A DNA stretch of 63,975 bases, the filler included, from Bigelowiella natans CCMP2755 (lineage: Eukaryota > Protista > Cercozoa): assembly GCA_000320545.1 (NCBI GenBank). It is 8 parts of 8 records of this genome, joined end to end, with 100 filler letters (N's around TTAATTAATTAA, not from the genome) between each part and the next. Parts side by side here need not be neighbours in the genome. Positions count along the whole stretch, not along the records: positions 26,002 to 40,488 come from ADNK01003208.1; positions 40,589 to 48,853 come from ADNK01001030.1; 6 more parts are not named here. One strand, 5' to 3'. The notes under the pieces are model-generated. The model did not search any database and was not told the DNA's origin. It saw only the letters and a list, made by a program, of their open reading frames with translations. The translations under genes were made by a program, and so were the position numbers. Of the stretch, positions 34,122 through 46,921 are shown in pieces; within the stretch, counting starts at the first letter, position 1, and each line of letters opens with the position of its first letter.

Positions 34122-34949
34122 GTATATACATATTTGAAACCTCAAAAACCCATCATTGCGTGATGATAGCGTCGATAAACGTCATATCCGCATCATCATG
34201 ATACTGGCATCTCACGACGGTATCATTTCCACATCGTTCAAAGGAGTAGATCCAGAGCAAAGATCTGTCGTGGTAGGGCTGGTGCGTGATGCCGACATGC
34301 ATGCATCTATCGTTAGCCAGCAGGCTCAGAAGCCAACGGCGTGTAAGCTGTGCAAGGAAGGCGAGGATGCAAATTACTCGCCAGGCGTGTGCCGATCTAC
34401 CGTTATCATCCCAAAAGAAAGCAGCGACGCGAAGTCGTCATCTTCTCGCGGAGAGCAGAAGATCCGGCTGACGGGGAAGGTCCATTTCTTCTCGCATTAC
34501 AACGAGCCGAGCCTCGCCCTCGATGTCGCTCTCCCCCTGCCCACAGGTGACGGTCAGATGGTGACCGGTTGTTGTTTTTTGCGACAGCCTCTAACCCGAA
34601 ACACATCGGCCCAACACATCGATGCGTCGAGACATAACGAGCGCACTCATTTTGCTCGCACCCCTCTCATTCTTCAGGGCAGCTCCCCAGCGTGGCCGAG
34701 TACCATCTTCGATTCTATCCCATGGAGGGGAAGTGGGTTGTAGCGGGCGTGACCTCTACCAGAAACGGTTGCATCATGCGTCCTTCTACGATGAGGCCGA
34801 TCATCGTATCGCGCAGGAGCAACGACGAACAGAGCAGCCCATCCAACACGCCTTTCCCATGTGCTTGGGGCCGAGCTATTGCTCTAAAAGTTGTCCAGGA
34901 GAAGATTGCAGGAAGAGGAGGAGATGGTGATTGTGCATGTTTCGCATGA
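31860..34949 (+). CDS. Class IV (SIRT6/SIRT7-like) NAD-dependent deacylase
   Basis: Exons FVTFTGAGISTSAG|IPDFRGPQGKWT, LISQNCDG|IHRRSGIP..ISELHGNSNMEECEKC, DHFTGRYCSHKDCNGRLLEYTIDFGQNLP, VVFGSSLTVSPA, ICNLQKTP; C-terminal extension with FFSHYNEP; the true stop is uncertain. Confidence 0.92.
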
Positions 34950-35295
34950 TAAGCTAGCCTCTCCCTTGGCTCTCCTCCTTTCCCCTGAAAATCTGGCTTT
35001 TGCGCGATAGGATGATTCTTCCCTAATGGATTACCAATCCGTCAGTGTAGACCGTAGATATAACCTTCCTTTCTTCTAAGAGTTATTCATTTTCTCGCAG
35101 CAGCCCCTTTACACAGCCGCCACGGTGAGAAGAAGAGTCGTCATGCCGACTCCAAGCGCCGTCATCATCATCATCATTATCCTGGAAATGAGCAACAAAG
35201 AGCTGGCATTCTTATCGCCGGTTTGCAAGAAACAAGCACCTCATTATCTATGCATAACAGGCACATTCTCGTTGTCAAAGTAACATTATTGTTGT

Positions 35296-36815
35296 TTGTT
35301 ACACGTCAGTCTGTTTCCCTGCAGATTTAGAAGGGAAACTACGCTTTCACCAATAACATTGCCCAATTTCCCCCCCCCCCCCTCTGCTTTCTCCCGGTCT
35401 CGTCCTGCTGCTTTCTCGAGGGTAGGGTCATCAGTGCACTCCCAAGGAAGACCGAACATCGCCTTTCTCACCGTGGACAAAGCCGATGGCACAGCCTCTG
35501 TCGGTGCCAAAACCACACACAAAGCTGGGAACAGATGGGGGCATTCTCTCATCCCCCTTCCAGCCCGCGGCAAGCAACGGGCTCGGGCCCTGATGTTCGG
35601 GGGGTGGGACAGCCGGTCTCAATTCAATGAGCTACTGGAAATATCTCTACTCGATGCTGCTGGCAAGCCCCAGCAAAAGCAGGCCGGGGAGGAGGCGCGC
35701 CCCAAACTACGAATCGACGTCGAGAAGGTGAATACCTCAGGAAAGACCCCCTCTCACCGTTCGTGCCACTCCATGACAAGGGTCGCCAAGGGGAAGTTTC
35801 TAGTGTTTGGGGGGTCGGCGTGTGGGGGCGGGCCGTACAGGTTTTTCAACGATGTTCATCTACTTGAAGAGGAGGGGGGGGATGTTTCTTCTTCCTCTTC
35901 TTCTTCTTCTTCTTACCGGTGGAGAGAAATCAAATGCAAGGGCAGCCTACCGTCTCCTCGCTCACAACATAGCGCCGTGCTATGCAGAAGTGATGATGAC
36001 AGCGACGAAGCTTCTATGTTGCTGGTTATCGGAGGCCATGACGGGTACTGATAATCGTGCAATAGAACGCGAGCCTCCTTGACTCCCCCCCCCCCCCCCC
36101 CTCTCCCTCCCTTTCTCCGTCCCTGCCCCGAAGTTATTATTTGCGGTCTTGCGAAACGACGGCCTTCATATTCTGCAATTATGCAAACTGGGCAATGTCT
36201 GACCGTCCCTTGTCCTTGTTTTTTTTAACCACCCCCGACTCGGTCAGATCTCGGCTTCTCAACGACGTGTACTCTCTTGACTTACGCACTTACGTCTGGA
36301 CAAAGCGCCGTTGCACACCAGCCAGCGGTCTTCTCCCAGAAGTGGCGGATATCCCCGAGGACGCCATCAAGGACTTCCGCGTTCTCCCGGTTCAAACAGG
36401 GGCAGCGGTAAGGATGAATCCCCTCAATCGTTGCATTGCCGATATGAATAGAGATTGAAAGTGAGAGAGCGAAGGCGAGCATGAGGCGCGAGTGGGTTCT
36501 ATCCGTGGAATCATCTGTTTTGTTTTCGTGCAGCAGAAACATGCTGCTCGTTGCCTTTGTGTGCGAGAAAGAGCATAAAAAAAGAAGAGTATATTTTATA
36601 ATAACGAGTTTGCGGATGACGGGGGGCAAATATCGTAGGTCTTTGGCAAGAAGAGACGCCATGTTTTGTACCGTTGCGTGCACGGGACGTTTGTGCTCAA
36701 TACGAAATCTTGGTCTTGGAGCCGTTTGGCAAAAGGCACTGGCAAGCCAACCAATCTGGTAGAGTACTTGTGTATGGTTAATGGTTAGAGAGTAATTGGA
36801 ACATGAGAAATGAGA

Positions 36816-36863
<48 letters not shown>

Positions 36864-37581
36864 TTGGATTTTCACACATGTCATCAATTTTGCATATCTA
36901 TTTCATTAGTAATCGCTACCCCCCTTTCCCCCCCTTTCCCCATCCTATTCCTCTACTCCTTCTTCTTCATCATCGTCATAACCTTCTTCATCATAACCTT
37001 CTTCATCATCATCATCTTCTTCTTCTTCATCAAGTTCTTCTTATTATTATTCTTCTTCAGGGGAATGTTATTCATGATGAGGAGTCCGGAGAGATGAGCT
37101 TGGTAATGCCAGCAGGACCGAAGGTACATACATAAACACAATGTAGACAACGTGATACAATACTATTTTAGACTCTTTAGAACAGAAGTTCGCGTGCAAT
37201 ACCCATATATCACACCTTCGACTTTGCAGCTTTAGTTTTTTAAAATCTGCGAGGAAGATGTCAAAAACCGTAACAACGAACATCTTCAACTGTGAATTTC
37301 TGCCCCCCCCCCGCCGTGCAAAAGAAGTGAAGTAAAGTTTGCACTGTGTTTCGTCAACGCTTAGGGGGGAGCGCATGCGATTACCCCGCTCAATTTGGAA
37401 GTGGCCTCAGACCGTGAAGAAGAGTACAGAAGAAGTAGCGTCAACAACGGAAGAGGCGATAATAGATATGGAATTTCACATGCTGAGTACTGTAAAGCTC
37501 GTTAGATTTCCGATGGAATATTACTCTCATGACATTAATTTCATTCAATACATTATTGCTAGATTGCATTCGCTACTCTAA
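35296..37581 (+). CDS. Kelch-repeat (beta-propeller) coding region; separate gene or C-terminus of the sirtuin
   Basis: NRWGHSL..LMFGGWDSRSQFNEL, TPSHRSCHSMTRV..FLVFGG..FFNDVHLL, WREIKCKGSLPSPRSQHSAV..LLVIGGHDG|LLNDVYSLDLRTYVW; both ends uncertain. Confidence 0.8.
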
Positions 37582-37599
37582 TCGAATGGATCCAATGAC

Positions 37600-38170
37600 T
37601 TGCAGCGCATGTGCGCACATACGCACACGTGTGAAATGCACTTATCTAGCTTGTACATGTATCTCTGCACACGACACATGCATAGCATGTGATCACCAAA
37701 TGCGGTAACAGATTCAAGCTTAAGGAAAGCATGCTGTGGTGTCTACTTTAATTATTATTTACAGCGCTAGAGCGCACCGCATAATGCTATAATACGCGGG
37801 GAGTTCTAGAGTTGTCCTAGCATCTTAATTGCCTCCACACATCCAGACGTCTAGCTAGCTAGCTAGCTGCATGCTACATCGCAATACTAGAATACCTAAA
37901 CACACCCTAGCTAGCTAAATATTCTAGCATGTACAGACTGGCTACGCTCACTAACGATTCTTTGAGCTAGTTTATTGCACTTGCCTAATCGACATCCAGA
38001 TGTGCTAGCTAGTGTGTCACGCATGTGTGCACGTAAACCTAACTATCTAACACACTAGACAAAGTGCCTCGTAAGTCCCACTACTAATACAGTACACAAA
38101 TGCTACATGCAGACACCGTACATCCATGTCACACATGATTGCTAGATTGCACAGCAGCTACATTCACACC
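37600..38170. other. Partially TpA-depleted island with (CTAG)n
   Basis: Rich in TGCA/CATG/CACA; CTAGCTAGCTAGCTAGCT near 37851 and further CTAG runs; many TA still present. Confidence 0.55.
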
Positions 38171-38304
38171 TGCCACGGTCGGGGGGGTCAAAAATTTTTA
38201 CCCTAACCATACTCCATGGTACTTCTTGTTCAAGATTGTACATTTCTTTTTTTCTTAAATACCGAAGCAGAGTTCAGAAATCTCCTTTGCACACAAACCC
38301 AATT

Positions 38305-39770
38305 ATTCTGCTGCATTAAAAAGCACTTAGCATTGTCGTTAACAGTAAATGGAGATATTATTAACATGATCAATCCATCAATGTAGAGCGCAAAAATAAA
38401 TGATTTTTTATTTAATGAAAATGTAGGGTGTTCTGAGGTAGAATGAGCAGTATGAGCATGTCGCAGCATTGTTTTCAACATCAATTAGCAGCTCTAAAAT
38501 AGGAATCACCAAAGCATTCCCTCAGATCAGTGAACCTCCTATTCACATTCACAGCACCTCTCCATAATCCATATCCTCGTTGTGCCCTAACTCCAATGTT
38601 TTCGATCGCTCTCGTGACCGCTCTCTTCGCGCAAGTGTCTGCCTTGACTGAGCAGAAGGCTAACTCTTCCCTCATCGAGGATGTCGAGTTCCCACAACAC
38701 AAAGCATTCGAAAACGGAATCGCATCTTCCACGTACCCAACAGCATTTCCAACACCGCCTCCAACGCCAATGCCTACTCCTAATCCTACTGTAATGCCTA
38801 CTCCTAATCCTACTGAATCTCAATACTGTAAAACGCTAGACAATGGTTGTCCTGAGACCATGCCAAATCGTTATCCGGCTAATAACCGTTGCTTCGAGAA
38901 GGTATGGGGAGGCAACATGTGCAATGTGGACCCAGCTAATGATCCACTTGCCTACCAACGAAATGACAAAAAATGTTGCACGGCCGCTCCTGCTCCAACT
39001 CAATACTGTAAAAAGTTGGATAATGGTTGTCCTGAGGCCACACCAAATCGTTACCCGGGTAACAACCGTTGCTTCGAGAAGGTATGGGGAGGCAGCATGT
39101 GCAATGTGGACCCAGCTAATGATCCACTTTCCTTCCAACGAAATGACAAAAAATGTTGCTCGTGCTTTCCTGCACTCGGAGGTGGCCAGAAGCTTGAAAA
39201 TGGTTGTCCAGCAAGCATACCATTTCGCTACCCAAACAACAATCGCTGTTTTGCTAAGATGTGGGAAGGATACTCGTGCAACGTTGATCCTGCTAACGAT
39301 CCACTTGCCTTCCAACGAAGTGATCAGAAGTGCTGTTTTGACTAGTGATGTAGATATAGGGAATGTAACTCAATTAGGAGGTGTACATGGAGGATTCGGA
39401 TGGAAGTTTAGATCTCCAACAATCTACCGTAACTTCAGCAGATTGTCTTCGAGCACCGACGAAAGTTGCTCACCACGATCTTCAGAGGCTGGAGCGATGA
39501 TCAAAATTAGCCCCAAATAAATTAGTCGAGAAATAGTCTCACTATTTTTTATTAGTTAATGTTTTATTGTTATTCAGACATCAGTCTACTTTTAATGACT
39601 TTGTGCCTGCCTTCTAACTTGATGAGAACAATAAGTTAAATTTGAATAAAAATAAATTAAATTCGTCCAATAGATATCTGAGGCAAGGCATCTTGATGTA
39701 TGTGTATGCGTGCGCGCGTGATTGCATTGCGTGTCCTTTGCAAAGTCAGGAGACCATGTAAAAGTACATG
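38305..39770 (+). repeat. Segmental duplication, copy 2
   Basis: Direct repeat of 26108-27549. Confidence 0.95.
38596..39345 (+). CDS. Intronless secreted 6-Cys-repeat protein (copy 2)
   Basis: Protein identical to copy 1 except for one extra 8-aa linker unit (VMPTPNPT). Confidence 0.85.
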   Translation: MFSIALVTALFAQVSALTEQKANSSLIEDVEFPQHKAFENGIASSTYPTAFPTPPPTPMPTPNPTVMPTPNPTESQYCKTLDNGCPETMPNRYPANNRCFEKVWGGNMCNVDPANDPLAYQRNDKKCCTAAPAPTQYCKKLDNGCPEATPNRYPGNNRCFEKVWGGSMCNVDPANDPLSFQRNDKKCCSCFPALGGGQKLENGCPASIPFRYPNNNRCFAKMWEGYSCNVDPANDPLAFQRSDQKCCFD

Positions 39771-40259
39771 CATTTGCAGCTAGCGGACGACACATTGTGC
39801 AATGCATTTGCTGCTACTAGTGCATTGCTTGCAGTCCAAAATGAAGCGGTTGGCTGCATGAGCTGCAGCTGGTGTGTGCGCGCCACGATGCACGTTTAGG
39901 TGCGCAATGTGACTCTGTTAGATGAGTTGCAATGAACACCAATTGACACAGAACCATGCATGTCATGGCCACCACAGCCAGGCCCGGGCGTGATCAGGAT
40001 TTCCGAAATTGCAAATGCGAGCTCGCAGGCGATACACAGCTTCGTCAAACCTGCAACACAAGTCCGTCAAACCCGGTAACGACGGGGTTGTGAACAGTGC
40101 AGCGCTTTGCGACGCGCTTTGAAGCAGCAGGCAGTTGCAGTCAGTCAAAGAAAAGTCATCAGAACTTGTCCGATGGCCAAACCTGAAAAAATGACCGAAA
40201 TGTTGACCAAAATGTCCATTTTCAAGGCCTCAAAGTGTGAAAATTCACACCCGTTGTGT

Positions 40260-40474
40260 AGCGGATGCACGCTGCGCGTTTGTTCGCTGCCACATTTTGA
40301 ATGCTTTTGCGTGTGCGTTGCGACCAAAACTCATCAAACGTGATGTGCACGAAAAATTTCAAAGAAATGCGAGCAAATCTGATGTCCATTGCATCACATG
40401 ACGCCCTTGGTCGCAACGCACACGCAAAAGCATTCAAAATGTGGCAGCGAACAAACGCGCAGCGTGCATCCGCT
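40260..40474. repeat. Perfect 68-bp inverted repeat with 79-nt spacer
   Basis: 40260-40327 is the exact reverse complement of 40407-40474. Confidence 0.9.
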
Positions 40475-40588
40475 TATAAACCAACATANNNNNNNNNNNN
40501 NNNNNNNNNNNNNNNNNNNNNNNNNNNNNNNNTTAATTAATTAANNNNNNNNNNNNNNNNNNNNNNNNNNNNNNNNNNNNNNNNNNNN

Positions 40589-42039
40589 CAAAGCGTTGAT
40601 CTTGCTGATGATGCCGGTATGATAGTGTCGCCTAACGGCAACGGTGGTAGCGATTGGGGGGGGTGGCTCGCTTACTGCGTGGATGATGAGATCGGGCTGC
40701 GGCGTGAATGCCGTTTCGTAGTCGGTCGTAGCGTGGATCTTCTCTCCATTGAGCACAATGTCCTGGATGGTTATGATGACTGTGATGATAATGATAATGA
40801 TGGTGATGATGATGATGATGATGATAATGGGTGTGGTAGTGGAATGAGGACTTAAGGAATTGTTTTTACTTACAGCCTCATCGCAGACTCCCTCTCCCCC
40901 CCCCCCTTCCCCTGCCTCCCCCTATATATATTGGAACTCCGAGGAAATTTTGTTTTCTACTATACTGATATTTAGAAGGGCGTGGAGGAGACCTTGAATC
41001 GGGGATGGCTTCTTCGATTATTTATAGAATCTGCAAGCTGGCATTCCAAACGAAATAGCGAGGCGATGATTAGTTCCAGGATACCACAGAATCGCATTCA
41101 TCGACTTTTTCCACGCGCCGTACACACACACACACACGCACGCACGCACGCACGCGCACACACATATTCGAGTGCATTTATAGTTGTTGTGGTCATCATC
41201 GTGGTGATTGATTATAGTCCAAACTCGCCGCAGTGTTTGCATAACCTGCTCGATCTTGAGAAAATACAAAAACACATTTTAAGATACCTCTTGCCTTCGA
41301 ACAAGCAGCGTCACATTGTGCCCTTTTGATGCTGCCGAGATTGCGAGAGACGTTCCGAACGACCCGGCGCCCATGATCGTAACACGACCGGGGTTCGGTC
41401 CATAACTATCGATTATGAAGGGATATGGTGAGACTTATAACCTCTTTCCCCACTGCTGCGTTTACACGCGTCGTTATATTTTTATCGTCAGATATGCACA
41501 TCGGGAACGTGTACATGTCTAAATGGCTGATTCGGTTATGTGATAATTGGAGAAGGTGAATATCCATTGGAACGAGCCAATAAAACTCGCTGCTACGCTG
41601 AGAGTGGCAGAGAAAATCCACGTGCTAATAGTGGCTATACCGATCGGCGTCTTTTGTCGTCGCTGCGTTGCACGATAGGAACATATTCCTTTGGGATTTA
41701 GCTAGCTGCTGCTGCTGCTGATGTTGGTAGTAATGAGAGTGTCCTTGAGCTCGTAGATGTGTCAGTATATGCATGGCCGTAGACCCTAGGACCGTCTGGT
41801 GGTATATGCAACATGGTCGCCGTTATCAGTTGATGAAAAGGACTACATTCAACAGCCGTGAACATTTTTTGGCCACCATTGCATTTTCTCCCCACATTTT
41901 CCCACGCCCCTTGCACCGTCCCATAGTATCGAAATGAGGGAGTCAATCCAACCTTTGGACGCGATGCAATCCCCCGAGTCGTCCGCGCCTCCACCCTCGG
42001 GGAAAGTAGCAGCACGAGGCACGCCAAAACCCAAGTCAT
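40589..42039 (-). CDS. NAD(P)H-dependent glycerol-3-phosphate dehydrogenase (GpsA / plant GLY1-SFD1 type) with N-terminal leader; 3' end lost in gap
   Basis: GRVTIMGAGSFGTSLAISAASKGHNVTLLVRRQE|LADSINNRRSHPRFK|DIVLNGEKIHATTDYETAFTPQPDLIIHA; candidate start MTWVLACLVLLLSPRVEA (an upstream exon is possible). Confidence 0.8.
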
Positions 42040-42548
42040 GCGTAGCGCCGACAATCCCTGCAGAAATAATAGCACAGGTGTCAACGGTTGGCTACGGTTC
42101 CTTCCGGCAACTTACGTGCATCATCTCAGGTAAAGTCTTGTGAAACTGTTCGCACACCCTCAGCGGAATAGGAATTTTATCACCTTCGTCAGTACACTGG
42201 AGGCCGTCTCCTTCAAAGACCGTACCTACCCCTTTCTCGATTCCCCCACTCCGGTTCCCAATCGTACCCACCTTTGTTTTCAGCCCTTCCGCCGATACTT
42301 TCGGAGGATTCCCGAGAGATTTTTGCACCTGCGACAACCTAAACTCTACGTCGCGGGTAAGATTGAAAGGAGTTTCGACGTCGACCGCGCCAATTGGCCC
42401 TTTCGTCGGAACTTGTCCGGTCGGAGGCACATCGAATTTCGCTCATTTTTGCCCTGGATTTGTTGTAGGGCGACAAGCTATTCGGTCTCCGAAATACATA
42501 TCTGGGAATGCGCGTCGTCAGCGCCCGCCTGGCACCATCCGAGTAAGA

Positions 42549-42868
42549 ATGGCGACGTGGGCGGTCGTCGTTGCGCTCTTCTGGGCTTTCTTGGAGGGGT
42601 AGCTGCTGCCGCGGCAACTAATATATGTGCGTTGGGTGGGGAGTGGTGTGGTGGTGAGATGTCCTGTGGGGGAAGGGACAACGACAGCTGATAGCCTTCT
42701 CTATGACGCAGAAGCAACGCATCCTCGGTGACTCCGAAGTTCGACTCCATCTCTTCCGACCTGCAGTGCTCTGGATGCACGTTTTTCACAAAGGTAGGGG
42801 CTGATTCGCAGCACCACTACTCCGATAGCAGTGAGCACACATTATAATTATAAATAGACACAGCAATA

Positions 42869-42907
<39 letters not shown>

Positions 42908-43144
42908 TACGTATATTACATATATTTGAGACTGAAGCTTCTCTTTCTCAGAACCTTCGTACTTGGGTGCATCGGAGGTCGCGCTCGTGGAGGAAAATGG
43001 GGAACAAAAAGAGAGAGAAATGGGTGAGAAATTGAATTCAGAATTCAGTCGATAAGGATGGTTGATGACGATGACGATGATGATGACGATGATGATGATC
43101 GTTGTGATAATGGTCAGATGATGATGAGTGACAGAGAGAGAGAA

Positions 43145-43197
<53 letters not shown>

Positions 43198-44081
43198 CCG
43201 CGCGCGTCTGCGTGTCTAAACTGTACACTGCGAGGATATGTGAGAGGAAAAGATTAGAGTATATGTTACACAGGTGCGAAAATCTCTCCAGAAAGCATGC
43301 AGCAAGATACCAGAGCAGGTCGTATTTTGGAATTCAGCGAGAAACTGCAATTTTGCGATACTTTATTCGAATCCAAGGCTACATGGGTTGCGTCGTCCTC
43401 TCTTCTTTTTCTCTTTCTTCTTCTTTACTCGACGGAATTACATAGCCATCCTAACCATTCACACGCAGGTGTGCACGTATAAAAGCAAGGGGAAAACAGA
43501 GTATGCAGATTTCGGAGAGCTTATGAAGAAGGTAACTAATGTTGCTGCATGCTTTCCATTTGCTTTTAGTCTTCTTTACGAATTCAATACGAATATATGT
43601 AACATTAAATGCGGCGTGTGCGTGTATGTGTGTTTGTGTGTGTATTACATAGAAATCACATCGAAGATGTTGAAAATGCCTTTGATATCGCATGTACCTC
43701 TCCGCAGGGCAATTCTCTAAATGATTGGCTCGATTTTTTTTTAGGGAGGCTCGCACTCTGGATTGTCCATGTCGGGCGACATAAAGAAGGAGCTCCAAGT
43801 GAGATCTCAACTGCATGCAGAAATTGCCCACTACCTCCATGCCTCTGCCTTCCCGTGCATCGATCTATATGCGCGGCGTGTGTGTTAGCATATCGTTTCT
43901 GCTTACACTAGCATGCGGGCGAGACTCTCTTTGAATTCTATCCGTTTCTCAAGTATCACCATCTGCTGATATCATGCATGCAGACTGTGTGTACCGAGCT
44001 GGCTTCCGAGTATGCATCTGAAATCGAAGAAGGATATCTCAGCGTTAAGAGGCCAGACAAGTAGGACAAAGAAGGGGGTTT

Positions 44082-44112
<31 letters not shown>

Positions 44113-44376
44113 GAGGAGGAGGGAAACTGGCTTAAGCAGCAGCAGCAGTGCGGAGACGTTTGAAATCAAAGAGACATCAAATTGATGATACGTCGTGCTA
44201 ATTGGTGCTGCTGCTACATACATAGGTATAACGTCCACAAAGACGTATGCGTTGAGATTACAGGCGCGTGCGGGGCAAAGCGGAAAATGATAGCTGCTTC
44301 GATGGCTACAGCTGACGAGGACGTGGAGGACATATCTGCAGATCTCGGCGATCTCTTGGCAAAGGAAGATCTCTAG
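42549..44376 (+). CDS. Canopy/MSAP-like saposin-fold ER protein
   Basis: Signal peptide MATWAVVVALFWAFLEG; exons LQCSGC, LQKACSKIP, LQ|TVCTELASEYASEIEEGY, VHKDVCVEITGAC give the six-Cys saposin pattern; ends in KEDL*. Confidence 0.65.
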
Positions 44377-45109
44377 TTGTTGTAATAATGACCAATGATG
44401 ATGGTAGACGAATTGCAGCTATTCGTAGTCCTCCTACTACCTTACCTGAGGTAACTGACCACGTGTGACGCATACGATCGATCGCATGTATATGTAGCGT
44501 GTGTATGCAGAAGAGGCTGTGTATACATAGCACATGCCACATGTACGCCTTGATGCAGCACAAGCAATGTGTATGCATAACGATTAACGCTTGATGATCG
44601 AGAGTGACGTTGTACGACTGGGCAGCACATATTGTGTTAAGGAAACCAGCATCACAGTGAACGCGTAACCCCATCGCCATGCTCATTGTTTGTAGGATCA
44701 GAGTACAGCTTTATACGGACTTGCATGTGTCCGTGGATGTATGTGAAATAAACTAGCAGTAATATAGAACACATAAGAACTGCCATGTGGGAACTCATTG
44801 TGCAACATTCTTAATTATTTGAAAATTATATACGCAGCTGCGCGATATTGCGCTGCTAAAAGTGCATTGAAGTGCGCACAGCTGCCAGCTAGTTAATCTA
44901 TATATTCTATTAAAAGAAATTTACACAACATTTGAAAACGTGAAAAGCGCTTACTAATCGTAGAAACAAACAAATATAATCTTAACGCTGTAGCCGCCGC
45001 GTTAAATAGCTATATTAGGATGACCTTTGAGAAGGTTTAATCATTCATTTCATCCGTCACACATCGCCACATATACAAGTAGCTCCCACAGATTGCGAAT
45101 ATAGCCTAC

Positions 45110-45643
45110 CTATGTTCGCGCCCGCTTCTTGCTGCTGCCATCTGAGCCTGAGCCGGGTTGTGGACTCTTCTGCCCTCCCTCCCCCTCTGCAGTAATGGGA
45201 GCGACTTTGAAGAAATCGAGGAGAGAAGACTGCGGCTCGATCAACTTGGCCTGTGGAATGAATAGCGACGACAGCAATGTGCTTCTTTTAAGGACCAGTT
45301 CGTGGAGAGAAGATTAGAGGTATATATCATGTTGCACAGCAAACCGCTCAAAGCATACCTTCTTCAGACTTGTAATCCCCGAAGCAACCCGCTTCGACGA
45401 GAAGCCTGATAATGCAAATACGTCGGCGGGTGGGGGGGGGAGAGACTTTTTGAATGGCGATTTTTGATGCGATCCGATGACCGTCAGTTTGCTATGGCGA
45501 CGGAAGAAAAGATTGAGGCATCTACCTTTCTCCTCAACTAGAAATCGTGTTAGCTCTTCCTCATAAACGGGAGATTCCCAGTTTACATATTCTTTGACCT
45601 ACATGTGTAGAGTGTCCAGAAGTGCCAGGCTCAAGAGTGTGTT

Positions 45644-45687
<44 letters not shown>

Positions 45688-45926
45688 TTCCTCCTTGCTC
45701 GGGCAGATGTTATAAGTTGTTCGTATGGCTGCTACAGCACGCGAGCCGATCGTTTGGCGTGAGTATTTTAGCTCACACAATTACAGAGGAGGAAAATGGG
45801 GGAAAGGGGAGGGTGAAACCTTCTTCGCATCCGTAACATTTGGCGTTATCAGCAAACTGTCAAAGCACCACATCATAACCACATGCTGCACACGGCACGC
45901 TGTCGTTCGGTGTGATTACGCAGACG

Positions 45927-45968
<42 letters not shown>

Positions 45969-46815
45969 CCCCTCCACCTCTCCCTCTCTGAGTGCGTTCT
46001 GTATGCGTGTGGGTCATCCTAGCCAGCACACGAGCGACAAAACCACAGCTACGCATAGAGTCGCCGCACGCATGTATAAGCATCACCTTCTGGCCTCCTT
46101 ATAAGGAAACGGTTCCGGAAGTGATTGCTGCCTTTGTTGTGATGATTTAGCCTTGGCCTTCTTCTTTTTGCGAGCATTCTCGCTCTCTCCCTCGGTCTCC
46201 TCGTTGCCCCCAGCCAATGCAGTAGTAGCGTTGTCGTTGTGCCCGGGCTGCTCCACTCGGGGCATGCTCTCGATCAGCGACTCAATCGACCCATGCTTCC
46301 GGATTCCTGTTGTTCATTTTTGTTGTCATTGTCGGTGTCGTTGCGTTGTTAGTAACATCAGCGCTATCGTTATCATCAGTTGTTTTTATTGTTGTAGCTA
46401 CGCGCACGAGGAGAGAGAGGGAGAGGGAGAGAGAGAGAGAGAGAGAGAGAGCTCATCATCCCCTGATCATCATCTTCATCGTGATCATCATCATCACCAT
46501 CATCACCATCATCGTTTTCCATCGTTCACCAGCCACTGCAGCAAGCATTGGAAACACATACATAGGAGGCAGTCGTGTATATTAGTTGTGTAAGATCATC
46601 GCATAGACATACCAGAAAGCGCAGTCTTCGGCCCCACGCCCCGAATCGTCGGGCAATAGTCACATCCACACCTATTATCCGCAAATACAAGGCTCTTAGA
46701 TGTCGCTTGTCTTACACAACGAAGTCATTCATCTTGCAGCGTCCATGAGACCTCTCTTTAACACGACGCGGAGGACCCCCACACCCCTCGCATCCTCTAA
46801 GAACAACTCGTGTTA

Positions 46816-46854
<39 letters not shown>

Positions 46855-46889
46855 CCCGTACCCCCCCCCCCCCCCCTCCCCCTCCCTCT

Positions 46890-46921
<32 letters not shown>

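Noticed and set aside
41215-41250. Possible GC-AG intron or micro-exon in the G3PDH gene
   Set aside because: A canonical GT-AG path (RRQE|LADSINN) restores the frame without it.
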